Positions 9,596-19,903 of a stretch of 64,000 nt of DNA are shown in pieces (the stretch's first letter is position 1; each line of letters starts with the position of its first letter). This DNA is from an uncultured virus (IMG/VR IMGVR_UViG_3300006621_000005). Its lineage: Duplodnaviria; Heunggongvirae; Uroviricota; Caudoviricetes. The stretch lies in the IMG/VR virus record IMGVR_UViG_3300006621_000005. One strand, written 5' to 3'. Below the pieces are notes generated by a model. The model saw nothing but the letters and a program-made list of their open reading frames with translations. It ran no database searches and was not told where the DNA came from. The translations under genes and the position numbers were made by a program.

Positions 9596-10219
9596 ATGAA
9601 ATTCATAAAATCAATTAACGAATTAAATGAGGCAAGACAGGCTCCTGCTAAGAAACTATTTAAAATGGTAGTTAATGGTAGTACATCTGAGATTGAAGGT
9701 CAAAAGATCTCTAAGGAAATGGCCCAAGCTGCATTGGATTGGTTTGATAGATCTGTATATGCTAGAAAATATGCTAACCAGGTTCAAAAGGCTGGTATGG
9801 GCGCAGTGGCTCCCTTAATCTTTGGTGACTACTGGGGTATTAAGAAAACCATTGGTTCTAAACTAAAAGCAGAATTCAAAGAGTTACAACAAGCATATAA
9901 GAGAGAGGTGGCTGAGTCAACTATAAATGAATCAGACGCAACTCCTACAATGTTATTAGCGCAAGAGATTGAAGGCGCAGAATATCACATGGCATTTGGT
10001 GATGGTGATACAGTTGATGCTAGAGCTACTAAAAAGACCTGGGAAGATGGTGTACCTGTACTTAAGTATATCGCCAGAGCTCCTAAGAAGAGCGTGAAGC
10101 TACCTAAAGGAAAGTTTGAAGTAGTTATTGACGATAAGTATGGATGGATTTACTGGCAAGACAAAGGTGTCTGGTATGGTATGGATAAAGAAGATGATTA
10201 TATTCCATTTGAATTTTAA
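9596..10219 (+). CDS. putative capsid-internal protein
   Basis: ATG 9596 gives MKFIKSINELNEA leader; internal ESTINES linker. Confidence 0.7.
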   Translation: MKFIKSINELNEARQAPAKKLFKMVVNGSTSEIEGQKISKEMAQAALDWFDRSVYARKYANQVQKAGMGAVAPLIFGDYWGIKKTIGSKLKAEFKELQQAYKREVAESTINESDATPTMLLAQEIEGAEYHMAFGDGDTVDARATKKTWEDGVPVLKYIARAPKKSVKLPKGKFEVVIDDKYGWIYWQDKGVWYGMDKEDDYIPFEF

Positions 10220-10241
10220 ACAGACACATATTTTAATACTA

Positions 10242-10304
10242 ATGAAAAAGGCAAAGCAAATCTTTTGGGAGTATTGGATTAAACCATGGAACCCATCATA
10301 TTAA
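10242..10304 (+). CDS. possible 20-aa Trp-rich micropeptide MKKAKQIFWEYWIKPWNPSY
   Basis: Manually translated ORF filling the intergenic gap, AT-rich leader. Confidence 0.4.
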   Translation: MKKAKQIFWEYWIKPWNPSY

Positions 10305-10317
10305 GATACACATTTTA

Positions 10318-10344
10318 GAAACTTTTAGAGAAGTCTATGTATAA
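10318..10344 (+). promoter_or_regulatory. GAAAC-N17-TATAA putative middle promoter
   Basis: Same bipartite motif seen at 57195, 57444 and 55466(-); precedes a nucleotide-metabolism operon. Confidence 0.65.
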
Positions 10345-10368
10345 TTAATTGAATACATAGACTTTTTT
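10331..10368 (+). terminator. hairpin/terminator overlapping promoter
   Basis: AAGTCTATGTAT (10331-42) / ATACATAGACTT (10353-64) perfect 12-bp inverted repeat plus T run. Confidence 0.7.
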
Positions 10369-10371
10369 AGT

Positions 10372-10878
10372 ATGCCAAGAATACCCGTTGACTTAATTTA
10401 TATGCAGATGGCTTATCAAATAGCCAAGCTCTCGTATGCTAAACGTAGACGCGTTGGTTGTATTATCGTGAAAGATACACAGGTAATATCAACTGGATAT
10501 AATGGTACGCCACATGGCTTTGATAACAACTGTGAAGAGGAACAAGTCAGAGAGATTGAGAATGAAAACCATAAACAGATCCTAGAAGAAAAGGGTTATG
10601 CGTGTGACGACACATGTTGTTCTAAAGAGGTAACTAAAAGAGAGGTCTTACATGCAGAGTCTAATGCCTTAGCAAAGGTAAGTAAGTCTACATTAAGTGC
10701 AGAAGGCGCAGATATGTATATCACTACATGTCCATGTTTTGATTGCGCAAAATTAATTATTCAATCAGGTATTAAAAGAGTATTCTTTTCAGAGGATTAT
10801 AGAGATATGTCTGGTATAGGACTCTTAGAAAGGGCAGGTATCGAAGTTAAAGAAGTAGTATGTTGGAACGCAGAGTAG
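10372..10878 (+). CDS. cd: dCMP deaminase
   Basis: RRVGCII, TGYNGTP, HAESNAL, PCFDCAKLIIQSGI zinc-deaminase motifs. Confidence 0.95.
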   Translation: MPRIPVDLIYMQMAYQIAKLSYAKRRRVGCIIVKDTQVISTGYNGTPHGFDNNCEEEQVREIENENHKQILEEKGYACDDTCCSKEVTKREVLHAESNALAKVSKSTLSAEGADMYITTCPCFDCAKLIIQSGIKRVFFSEDYRDMSGIGLLERAGIEVKEVVCWNAE

Positions 10879-12567
10879 AAAGTATTATCGATGATGCCTT
10901 AGAGGCAAATAAATTTGGCCAAGGCTTTGAATTCAGAGCAGGGCAAAGAGAAGTCGTCGAAGCTATCTGCAATCATTATCTCCAAGATCCAGAGGGAACC
11001 ATTATCTTAGATGCCCCAACTGGAAGTGGTAAATCCTTAATTGCTATGTGGTCCGCGCACGTCCTAAAAGAATTAGGTAAAAGAGGTTATCTAGTAACCT
11101 CTGATCTAATGCTACAAGATCAGTATGAAGAAGACTTTAAGAGATTAAAACTGGATTGGCCAAGTATAAGAGGAGTAGACAACTATAATTGTAATGTAAA
11201 CGATCTGCCATTCTCTCTTGCTGATTGTAAGATGAAGGGTATTGGGTATGAAGCTGCCGAGAAACTAAAATGCTGGGGAACTTGTGGGTATCTTCAGGGC
11301 AGAAAGCGCGCGAAGGANNTATTATCTAATACAAAGGAATTATGTAGAGGATAAGATGCAAGAACAAGACAGAGAGATACCATTTCCTAAGAGAGACTTT
11401 GTATTCTTTGATGAAGCACATAAAGTAGACAGTATAGTACAATCACACTTTAGTCCTAGAATAGATGTTAGTACACCAAAATTATTTAAAGAGGTTAATC
11501 GTTTTATACAGAAGCATGGACTGCAAACTTCCTGGGTATCTGATAACAGAATAGAAGATATAGTCGACCGCTTAATGCGGGAAGACGATCACCAGGAGCT
11601 GATGAGGCACATCAGCGAGTTCAGAGGTATTGCCGTGGTTTACCGCAAGGCCAGAACTGCAGCCCTTAAGGTCAGCAAACTACAGTATCGGATGGGAGAT
11701 GTCCCTAAAGAATGGCAGACTTTTTTTGGGCGAATGGATAGACTTAAAGATATATGGTGTAAGTTTGATGACTATCATGACATTATTAAAGAACTCGGCA
11801 CTGATGCAATTGTTATTAATCGAAAAGAAACTGAAACTCAATTCTTATGTTTGGAAGAGGCAATGATGATTGATAAATTCTTACAAAAGAAAAGTGGCTT
11901 TAAAGTCTTTATGTCAGCAACATTAGGTGATATTAAATCATTTGCGAAACATACTTCAATGGGTAATGCGAGAGTTATTAGAATGAGTAATAATTTCGAC
12001 TACAAAAAATCCCCCATCGTTTTCGTCAACAGGCACAAACTGTCTTTTAGAGAACGCGAACAAAATCTCCCCCATGTAGTAAAGACCTTAGACAAAATCC
12101 TAGAGAAACATAAAGGGCAAAGTGGAATTATTCACGCCGGTTCCTATGATTTCATGAACTACATCAATCAACATTCTAAACATAAGTTCAGTTTTATTAC
12201 CTATGACATGGCAAAGGAGAGGGGTGGCGCGATTGATGTGTTTAACAAAACTGAAGGCAAAATACTTTTAGGTCCATCTCTATTAGAAGGGTTAGATCTT
12301 AAAGACGATAAATCTAGATTTCAGATCTTCTTTAAAGTACCATATCCATCATTAGGCGATCCACTTGTGAAAGCCAAGATGAAAACATTTCCAGGCTGGT
12401 ATGATTGGAAAACAGGTATTGCTATTCAACAGGGAGCTGGTCGTAGTATCAGATCTAAAGATGATTGGGCAGTTACCTATATCCTGGATGCGTGCTTTAG
12501 AAGCCTGATAAATAAAAAGGGGTCATTCCCTCCATCATTTGAAGAAAGAATTAAAACAATTTACTAA
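10860..12567 (+). CDS. dinG: DinG/XPD-family SF2 helicase (single gene split by NN at 11318-11319)
   Basis: Q-motif RAGQ, Walker A APTGSGKS, four Cys (putative Fe-S), DEAH, MSAT, EGLD, KVPYP, QGAGRSIR..DDWA...LD. Confidence 0.9.
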
Positions 12568-13157
12568 TGGCATATAGCGCAATTATTATAGACAACTTTT
12601 ACAATAACCCAGACGATGTTAGAGATTTTGCTTTACAACAAGACTTTAATGTAGATGGTAATTATCCAGGTCATAGGACTCAAGCATTCCTATCACCATC
12701 AATTAAAAATTGGATTGCACATCATTTAAAAGGAGTACATGGTGAACCTATCTGGCCACAAGAGGGCCAAGAAGAATATTGTGGTGCATTTCAATATACA
12801 ACTGCAGAAGATAGAACTTGGATCCATTGCGATGGTTGGAATGACTGGGCAGGAGTATGTTATTTAACTCCAGATGCTCCTATTACTGGAGGAACTGGTA
12901 TTTATAGGCATAAAGAAACCGGACTTGTGGCATGTCCTAGATTGCCAAACGGAGAAAGAGACCAACAATTATTAGACAAACTTAATATGGATGGCCGAGA
13001 CTACACTAAGTGGGAATTGGTAGATACTATTGGTAATGTCTATAATAGATTAGTACTTTATCCTGGAGATCTATTCCATGCATCATTAGATTATTTCGGT
13101 AAAGACTTGGAAACAGGTAGATTATTTCAAACATTCTTTTTTAACACAGAAAATTAA
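12567..13157 (+). CDS. 2OG-Fe(II) oxygenase-like protein (DUF6445-type)
   Basis: IIDNFY.NPD.VR, YPG.RT, HCD, WAGVCYLTP, GGT..YRH, YNRLVLY, FH, RLFQTFF. Confidence 0.8.
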   Translation: MAYSAIIIDNFYNNPDDVRDFALQQDFNVDGNYPGHRTQAFLSPSIKNWIAHHLKGVHGEPIWPQEGQEEYCGAFQYTTAEDRTWIHCDGWNDWAGVCYLTPDAPITGGTGIYRHKETGLVACPRLPNGERDQQLLDKLNMDGRDYTKWELVDTIGNVYNRLVLYPGDLFHASLDYFGKDLETGRLFQTFFFNTEN

Positions 13158-13158
13158 T

Positions 13159-13386
13159 ATGGGATTTAACAAACTATTTTTACCAGAGTTGGTAGAATTA
13201 AAAAAACAATTAAAAGAACAAGGAGTAGAACAGTTTACAAATCATTGGAAAGCTAGATATGAAAAGACAGATGCTATTATGGGACCTGTCGGCTCTGATG
13301 ACTTTATTAAACAATTTTTAAATCGTGAGTATAACTATAGAAAGACTGGTCAACTCGAGTTTGACTTTGATTGGTCAATTATTTAA
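13159..13386 (+). CDS. hypothetical protein
   Basis: 75-aa ORF in operon, 1-nt spacing. Confidence 0.7.
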   Translation: MGFNKLFLPELVELKKQLKEQGVEQFTNHWKARYEKTDAIMGPVGSDDFIKQFLNREYNYRKTGQLEFDFDWSII

Positions 13387-13396
13387 AAATAAGAAC

Positions 13397-13987
13397 ATGG
13401 CAGAGCAATTAACTGAACAAAAAGAGCAAATTTACGTTTGGACTAAAACAGAACGTGCAGGAGATATTGTCACATTTGATAAAGTAGATGGTGAATTTAC
13501 TTTTTTTACAGATGGCACTAGAGTATTTTCTAATATTATACCCGACCTCTTACTGGAAGCGAAAGATATTTCAAATGCTAAAACTTTAGCAGCTCCATTT
13601 AAAAGTACAGTTGCATCTATAGGTCCAGAACCTATTGATGAAACACCGGTTAAAGCAACAACTCAACCCGTAGCTCAAAATAATGCAGAGGTGAATGTTA
13701 TGTTAGAAATGCTAAGAAAGCTTAGTGCTAAGAATTCAATCGAGATGCCTTTACAATTAAATGTACCTTCACATGAGGTATATGAGTTGTTTAAAGACCA
13801 GATGGATATTACTAAGTCAGATCTAAATGAGCAAATTTTAGCGCTTGTAATGAGCCAGATAGATAACTTACAAGAACAACTAAAACCACAAGCTGAAGAA
13901 TTTATTAAACAATATTACGATGGCAGAAAAAAAACAAACACAAGAAGTAAATCAACAACAGAATCAGGGCCAGACATTACTTACTAG
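13397..13987 (+). CDS. hypothetical protein
   Basis: ATG 13397 (MAEQLTEQ) with A-rich leader preferred over GTG 13325. Confidence 0.75.
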   Translation: MAEQLTEQKEQIYVWTKTERAGDIVTFDKVDGEFTFFTDGTRVFSNIIPDLLLEAKDISNAKTLAAPFKSTVASIGPEPIDETPVKATTQPVAQNNAEVNVMLEMLRKLSAKNSIEMPLQLNVPSHEVYELFKDQMDITKSDLNEQILALVMSQIDNLQEQLKPQAEEFIKQYYDGRKKTNTRSKSTTESGPDITY

Positions 13988-14372
13988 AAGGCAGAGAAGA
14001 TTCATGTTGAAACAACAAGGTGTGCTAAAATATATTAGCAAACTACCTTTAGCTGAAAGATTAAAAATTCAGCAAGCAAATATAGAGAATGGTAGAAAGC
14101 TACATCAAAGACACCTTGATATTCAAGAAAAGAGAAACCATGAAATGCTTGAAAGAAAGCTAGAGGGTTATACCAATGAAGAAGGTGAACACGTAGATGG
14201 TTTAAAAGATACATGGAAGAATATAGGTTACAATACAAAAGAAATAGAAATGCTTGAAGAAGCATGGGCGTTATCTATTGTAAAAGACAAAGAGACCTAT
14301 AGAGAGGATAAGAAGAAAATCAAAGCTCTTCATAAAGAGGCAAAGGCTTCTTTAGATTCTCGTAAAAAATAA
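13920..14372 (+). CDS. hypothetical basic helical protein
   Basis: 150-aa ORF, LTRRQRR motif. Confidence 0.7.
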   Translation: MAEKKQTQEVNQQQNQGQTLLTRRQRRFMLKQQGVLKYISKLPLAERLKIQQANIENGRKLHQRHLDIQEKRNHEMLERKLEGYTNEEGEHVDGLKDTWKNIGYNTKEIEMLEEAWALSIVKDKETYREDKKKIKALHKEAKASLDSRKK

Positions 14373-14381
14373 TATTAGTTA

Positions 14382-14705
14382 ATGATTACTATTCAAATTG
14401 AGCCGGCTGATAATGGCGTGGTCAAGTTTTTAATTGATGATAATGTCAATGGCGGAGGTGAGGAATTCACCTCTCGCGTTGTATATGAATTTGACAACAC
14501 GTTAGGTCGAGCAAACCAGGTTAAGTTTCTAAAAGATATTGTTTTAGACTTAGGTCTTGCTACAGGCAGTGACCTAGATAGAGATAAAATAGTAGTCAAA
14601 ACTGAATGGGGTAAACAGTATAACCCAAACGAAGCTGAATTAAAATTAAGAGCCTCAGAATTAAAAAAAGAATTAAAAATACTGGAGGCTAAACTAAAGA
14701 AATGA
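14382..14705 (+). CDS. hypothetical protein
   Basis: 107-aa ORF with C-terminal coiled coil. Confidence 0.75.
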   Translation: MITIQIEPADNGVVKFLIDDNVNGGGEEFTSRVVYEFDNTLGRANQVKFLKDIVLDLGLATGSDLDRDKIVVKTEWGKQYNPNEAELKLRASELKKELKILEAKLKK

Positions 14706-15109
14706 CACTAAAAATAGAAGGTGTTTGGTGTAAAACTAGGACTGAGTTTGAAAAATTAGCAAAGTCTGGTGATTATGATTTAACTATATCCTATTTCGAT
14801 ATTGTAAATAGATTAGTTAAAAGTGACCCGTATAGCGAGGAGCCATCAGATGTAATTGTTTCACTGTATATTCGTAAATTAATTCAAAAGTTAATTAACG
14901 ATAAACTAGAAAGTGAAGATAGTGATGCAAAATTACTCTATATGTTTAAAAGCTTAGATAGCAATGCTGTTTTAAATTTTAAACATTTTATAGCGGACCT
15001 AGCAGGTGAACTTTATGATATGGATCTAATTATTATCAACAGATGCGATTACCCTAAAAGAGGTGTACTCAGTAAGTTTGATAATGTTAGATTTATAGAC
15101 CATGATTAA
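14702..15109 (+). CDS. hypothetical protein
   Basis: 135-aa ORF, ATGA overlap with upstream gene. Confidence 0.75.
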   Translation: MTLKIEGVWCKTRTEFEKLAKSGDYDLTISYFDIVNRLVKSDPYSEEPSDVIVSLYIRKLIQKLINDKLESEDSDAKLLYMFKSLDSNAVLNFKHFIADLAGELYDMDLIIINRCDYPKRGVLSKFDNVRFIDHD

Positions 15110-15698
15110 GCATAAGATATTTACTAAAGGTGAATATGTACAAGCTTTAATATCTACTACACAAAACCCAAATGTACTTATTCCAGTTCGAGCCCTAATT
15201 TACGACGTTAAATTTGACGATGTAAACCCTAGGTATCAAATTCGTATTAAAAAGTTCTATGATAATATAGTCTTTTTAAAAGCATACCTATTTGGTGGTC
15301 GATTTATCAGAGACTTTGAAGGTAAAGAAACTAGAATTAACCTAAAAAGACAGGAATATAAAACTGTTAAAGCACTAGAAGATAGAGTCTTCGATGGTGA
15401 GAAATGGAAACAATATCTGATTATAGTTGATTCAGTATTCTGTGTAAAGACCAAGGCCGAACAAGATAAACTATTCAATAAGATACAAGACTTTCAGACA
15501 GAAGTGGCTCTAAAGGAACTATATGAGCTCACAAGCCGTACTCAGTATACAGGCCAATTCAAGTTTCAAAGTAAAGGTGAATACGTTAAAGCACTTCAAA
15601 AGTTTTTAGGAGATAGATACCCTAAGGACAAAGATTGGGTCGATACTATACTTTATAGACCAAATCATGATGAATTAGACCGAGGAGAGTGGGTTTAA
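15102..15698 (+). CDS. hypothetical protein
   Basis: 198-aa ORF overlapping upstream stop. Confidence 0.75.
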   Translation: MIKHKIFTKGEYVQALISTTQNPNVLIPVRALIYDVKFDDVNPRYQIRIKKFYDNIVFLKAYLFGGRFIRDFEGKETRINLKRQEYKTVKALEDRVFDGEKWKQYLIIVDSVFCVKTKAEQDKLFNKIQDFQTEVALKELYELTSRTQYTGQFKFQSKGEYVKALQKFLGDRYPKDKDWVDTILYRPNHDELDRGEWV

Positions 15699-15722
15699 AT
15701 ATAATATCCTGATACATAGTCA

Positions 15723-15730
15723 GATATATA
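15723..15730 (+). promoter_or_regulatory. GATATATA putative late promoter
   Basis: At head of baseplate operon, 30 nt before ATG 15753. Confidence 0.75.
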
Positions 15731-15752
15731 ATAAAAAAGAAATCATATTTAT

Positions 15753-17564
15753 ATGGGTGGTGAATTAATAGATGCATTCGGACAACTAACCAGCGGCGGT
15801 GGTCTATCTTCTTTTCAATATCAAAATACTGATACTGGAGATATGGTAACTAGTGACGTACCTTTAGATGCAGATGGCAATCCAATGCCAGAAGCTAATA
15901 CTGATGTTGCTGCACAGGCTAATTCTGAGAATGCACCATTAGGTTCTACTCCAGTTGAGTCACAAGAAGTAACTGCGCCTGGTAATACTACAAATACCGG
16001 TGTAAGTTCTGGTGAACAAAACTCAGTATATGGTAATAATGCTTTAGGTAGTAGAGCATACGAGATTAAAGATCCTAAGAAAACTATTATAGGTGTAAAC
16101 TCAGTAAGATCCAAGTCTAACGCATGGACTCTATTAAATTATAGAAACTATGCTGGTGGTACTACATATTTAGATCCAAATTACGGAGACTATAATAAAA
16201 CAGTACTACACTCAGATAAAGATAATATTTTAAACCCAACCGCTAAGCGTATTGTAGAATATTCTGGAAATCATGGTGGTTTAGGTTTTGCTTATAGTTA
16301 TAGAGACTTTATTCAGGCTGAACATTATGGACAAATCTCAAATGAATTTTTAGTTACTTTAAGAAGATTTGCATTTCCAGTAGGAGATGATATTAGAAAT
16401 GCTGTAACTTATGATGAGGCCGGAAAAGAGTTTGATAAATCAGAACCTGATTTAGCTCGTGCAATTACATGGATGTCCCCTAAATTAGGTAATGAGATGA
16501 AAGATGTTTTATCATTCGGAACTGGATTTGGTTGGACAAACGTTGAGTCGAGTGTTCAAACTGCACAATCTGCAGGTACCGAAAAGAGAAGAGGTACTTT
16601 AGGCGCTATGATTGAAGCATCTCCTTTTGCAAAAGGCGTTGAAGCAGGTGTTAATGGATATTCTGCTGCACAATCAGATATGATTAGTACTAAAGGCCAT
16701 GGCTTTGATCCACTATCAGACACATATCCTAACCATGTATATGGACCTTACAATGCAATTAAATCTGTATTGGCAAGAGACGATAAAGGTTTAACTTTTG
16801 ATAAAGAATTTACTCTTAATTTCTACTATGACTTAAGAGGTTTTGACAACACATCACCTAAAGTAGTATTTATGGATGTACTGTCGAATCTACTAGCAAT
16901 TACATATAACAACGCTCCTTTCTGGGGTGGTGCTACTAGATATTCAGGTAGTGGTTCTACGGGTAAACCATTTGGTGATTTTAATAAATTAAAGTCTGGT
17001 GATTATGCTGGTTATTTGAGTTCTGTTATGACACAAGTAAAATCTTCATTAGGCGCTGGGTTTAAAGACTTAGGCAAAGGTGTAAAGGGTTTATTATCAG
17101 GTGATGTAAATGCAATTGGTGATTCAAAGATTATGGATAACCTAGTTGGTGGCGCTTTAATGAAGCACTTAGGATCTCCGTCTGGAGGTGATATTGTAAA
17201 AGCCTTTTTAACAGGTGATCCGACAGGCCAATGGCACTTAACAGTAGGTAATCCTATGAACCCTATGTTGGTTTGTGGTAACTTAGCATTACAAAATGCT
17301 AAATTTGAATTTGAAGGTCCTTTAGGTTTTGAAGGTTTTCCATCTAAGTTAAAGATGATAGTAACTCTAAAACCTGGTAGACCTAGAGATAAATCAGAAA
17401 TTGAGTCTATGTTTAATGCAGGTAGAGGTAGAATGTACTTACAACCAGAAGTTGAAGGTAAATCTCTAGACGATGTAATGGATGTGTCACAATTTGGAAA
17501 TAAAGATAGAAGAAGAATGACTGGCGATAGAACGCTTAGAAATTCAGACTTCGCTGCAGGTTAA
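15753..17564 (+). CDS. putative baseplate/tail-tube initiator protein (gp48/gp54-like position)
   Basis: 603 aa; position before LysM/hub/spike genes; tube-fold-like segments (KEFTLNFYYDLRG, WHLTVGNPMNP, LKMIVTLKP); homology not confirmed. Confidence 0.5.
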   Translation: MGGELIDAFGQLTSGGGLSSFQYQNTDTGDMVTSDVPLDADGNPMPEANTDVAAQANSENAPLGSTPVESQEVTAPGNTTNTGVSSGEQNSVYGNNALGSRAYEIKDPKKTIIGVNSVRSKSNAWTLLNYRNYAGGTTYLDPNYGDYNKTVLHSDKDNILNPTAKRIVEYSGNHGGLGFAYSYRDFIQAEHYGQISNEFLVTLRRFAFPVGDDIRNAVTYDEAGKEFDKSEPDLARAITWMSPKLGNEMKDVLSFGTGFGWTNVESSVQTAQSAGTEKRRGTLGAMIEASPFAKGVEAGVNGYSAAQSDMISTKGHGFDPLSDTYPNHVYGPYNAIKSVLARDDKGLTFDKEFTLNFYYDLRGFDNTSPKVVFMDVLSNLLAITYNNAPFWGGATRYSGSGSTGKPFGDFNKLKSGDYAGYLSSVMTQVKSSLGAGFKDLGKGVKGLLSGDVNAIGDSKIMDNLVGGALMKHLGSPSGGDIVKAFLTGDPTGQWHLTVGNPMNPMLVCGNLALQNAKFEFEGPLGFEGFPSKLKMIVTLKPGRPRDKSEIESMFNAGRGRMYLQPEVEGKSLDDVMDVSQFGNKDRRRMTGDRTLRNSDFAAG

Positions 17565-17567
17565 TAG

Positions 17568-18365
17568 ATGGATTTTAGAACACTTTTAAATAAGACTAAA
17601 GATGCAGTCAAATTAATAATGACTCAGCCTACAATGCTATTTACAAATAAAGCAGAGCAGACTGGTGTGCGTGAACATATTGTTAAAGATGATGAAGCAA
17701 CTAGGCCTGACTTAATTGCATTAGAATATTACGGAGATCAGACTAAGACTGATATTATCTTAAAGTATAATGGTATTTCAGATCCATTCTCATTACAACC
17801 CGGAGATGTATTAGAAATACCTTCATCTGGTATTGCGTTTCATAAGTTAGATAGACCAGAAGGCAATGAAGATAATGCTATTAAAAATCAGTTTTTACAG
17901 GGTAAGAGATTCTCTAAAAAAGATGATAGAAGAATAGAGGCTCTAAAAAAGAAATATAATAAAGAAGTTTTACTTCCACCCAACGTAATACCTATTGGTA
18001 AGAAAAACTATAAATTTGATAAAGGTTTAGTAACGTTTGGTGCACAGGCTCAAAGAGGAGAACTTAATGACCCTATAGTGAAAAATATATTAGATGATGT
18101 GGCTCCTGATTTAGCTGCTACATTTACACCAACTGACGTAGAATCTGGCGGTGGATCCGGTTTTGGCGGTGGTAGAGGTTTAACTGAAAACCAACTTGAT
18201 AAGTTATTAAACAAAGGAGTCGGTAAAGGTAAACTATCTTCTGGTTCAGGCGGCGGTCGTGGTCTAACAGCTACTGATAAACCTTCTAATAAAGGTGCTG
18301 GTGACGGCCCTCAGGGTACTGGTAATGCAGATGGAGTTTCTAACGATGGCGCTCCTTGTAACTAA
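17568..18365 (+). CDS. LysM-domain baseplate wedge protein (gp53-like)
   Basis: RPDLIALEYYGD...ILKYNGISDPFSLQPGDVLEIP. Confidence 0.8.
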   Translation: MDFRTLLNKTKDAVKLIMTQPTMLFTNKAEQTGVREHIVKDDEATRPDLIALEYYGDQTKTDIILKYNGISDPFSLQPGDVLEIPSSGIAFHKLDRPEGNEDNAIKNQFLQGKRFSKKDDRRIEALKKKYNKEVLLPPNVIPIGKKNYKFDKGLVTFGAQAQRGELNDPIVKNILDDVAPDLAATFTPTDVESGGGSGFGGGRGLTENQLDKLLNKGVGKGKLSSGSGGGRGLTATDKPSNKGAGDGPQGTGNADGVSNDGAPCN

Positions 18366-18374
18366 CATTAAAAG

Positions 18375-19883
18375 ATGGAATTAGATAATCATATATTAGC
18401 GGTAGTTGAGCCGGCTCTTATGCCTACTGAGATTAAGATGGAAGCCCTATCTGAAGATAAGGGTGACACTGTAGATAAGCAAACTAAAGCTATTGGTGCA
18501 TTTGAACCTTTTATTTTATGTAATGGTGTACAAGTGAAAAGAGTTAATATAGAGGCTTTTGAAATTGAGTTAAGTGGTAATGTACCTAAATGTACAGTAT
18601 CTTTTACAGATCTAGGAGCCTTTAAAGTAGACTCAATGCCAAGAGATGGAGACTTTTTTACAATCCTATTAAACTCAAAACACCAAGAGACATTTAAGTC
18701 AGTTCACATGGACTTTGATATAATAGAAGTAATTTCAGCTCCTGATTCTCCGGATGTTGAAGGTGGTAGTGAAATAACATTAGAAGGTATTGCTAAAATA
18801 CCTAGACTCTTTGGAGAAGATTGTCAAGTATTAGATTCAGATACATCTTTAAATCACTTAGAAAAAATTGCAAGAGATTTAGAATTAGGATTGGCTACAA
18901 ATGTAGAGAGTACAGATGATAAGCAGTCTAGAATTCAAGCCTATGAAACTTTCTTAGATTTTATTAAGTCTATTGTAGAAGATTCATATATCTCAGATGA
19001 CGCTTTTGCTAAATGGTATATCGATCAATATTACTATTTAACTTATGTGGATATTAATAAGATATTCAATTCTAAAAATCCTAAGCTAGATGAAGTAATG
19101 TCTGTATTAACTTCGTTTGCTAATTCAGAAGCACAAAAAAGAACGGCAGAAGATACTACAGATTCAGATAATGTAAAAGTACCTTTATTACTAACTAACC
19201 ATGTAGAATTAACAGGTTTAAGCTGCTATATTAGAGACTTTGAAATAGTAAATAATTCATCTAAAATAAGTTTAAAGGCAGGTAACTCTAGAAACGTACA
19301 GATCTATGATAACAACTCTGATAAGGGTGATAGGTTTCAAGAGTTTACAATTGAGCCCCTGACTACTGAAGAATTGTCTGAGCTAGATGAACCACTAAAG
19401 GGTAATAGAAAAGATGAGAGGTATAAAGATCAGGTTAAATATAAATATGTAGGTAGGCAAAATGCTGGTGATGATGGTTTAGGTAATACACACGCTAATG
19501 CTGCATTTACTAAACTACATAGAGCTCAAAACCAAATGGAATTAGAGAAAATGAAATTAAAGGTTACGGTTGAAGGTTTTAATCCATCATTGTATAAATT
19601 TTCTAAAGTGCCTGTAATCATTTACCATTACGATAAAGTTAAGATAGAAGCTGAACAAAAAGCAGATCAAAAGAGAGAAGAAGCTGGTTTAAAGGAAAGG
19701 CCTATGCAAGCTGGAAAGCCTAAAGTAGACCTAAATGAAATGGACCAGATGATGGATAAGTTTATATCAGGTTTTTACGTAGTAGAAAATATTGACTATA
19801 AATATGATAAAGAGGATGGTATGATAACCTACTTTACTCTACTTAGGAGAGAGTGGCCATCGCGTTCTCGAAATCTAGCATAA
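18375..19883 (+). CDS. putative baseplate hub protein (gp27/gpD-like)
   Basis: Position between LysM and spike genes; C-terminal ISGFYVVENIDYKY...TYFTLLRR typical of hub proteins. Confidence 0.6.
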   Translation: MELDNHILAVVEPALMPTEIKMEALSEDKGDTVDKQTKAIGAFEPFILCNGVQVKRVNIEAFEIELSGNVPKCTVSFTDLGAFKVDSMPRDGDFFTILLNSKHQETFKSVHMDFDIIEVISAPDSPDVEGGSEITLEGIAKIPRLFGEDCQVLDSDTSLNHLEKIARDLELGLATNVESTDDKQSRIQAYETFLDFIKSIVEDSYISDDAFAKWYIDQYYYLTYVDINKIFNSKNPKLDEVMSVLTSFANSEAQKRTAEDTTDSDNVKVPLLLTNHVELTGLSCYIRDFEIVNNSSKISLKAGNSRNVQIYDNNSDKGDRFQEFTIEPLTTEELSELDEPLKGNRKDERYKDQVKYKYVGRQNAGDDGLGNTHANAAFTKLHRAQNQMELEKMKLKVTVEGFNPSLYKFSKVPVIIYHYDKVKIEAEQKADQKREEAGLKERPMQAGKPKVDLNEMDQMMDKFISGFYVVENIDYKYDKEDGMITYFTLLRREWPSRSRNLA

Positions 19884-19903
19884 AAAAGTAAGATAGATAA
19901 TCT

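Noticed and set aside
11599..11630. CTGATGAG as a hammerhead ribozyme core
   Set aside because: No stem II followed by GAAA is evident; the motif is paired in a simple hairpin
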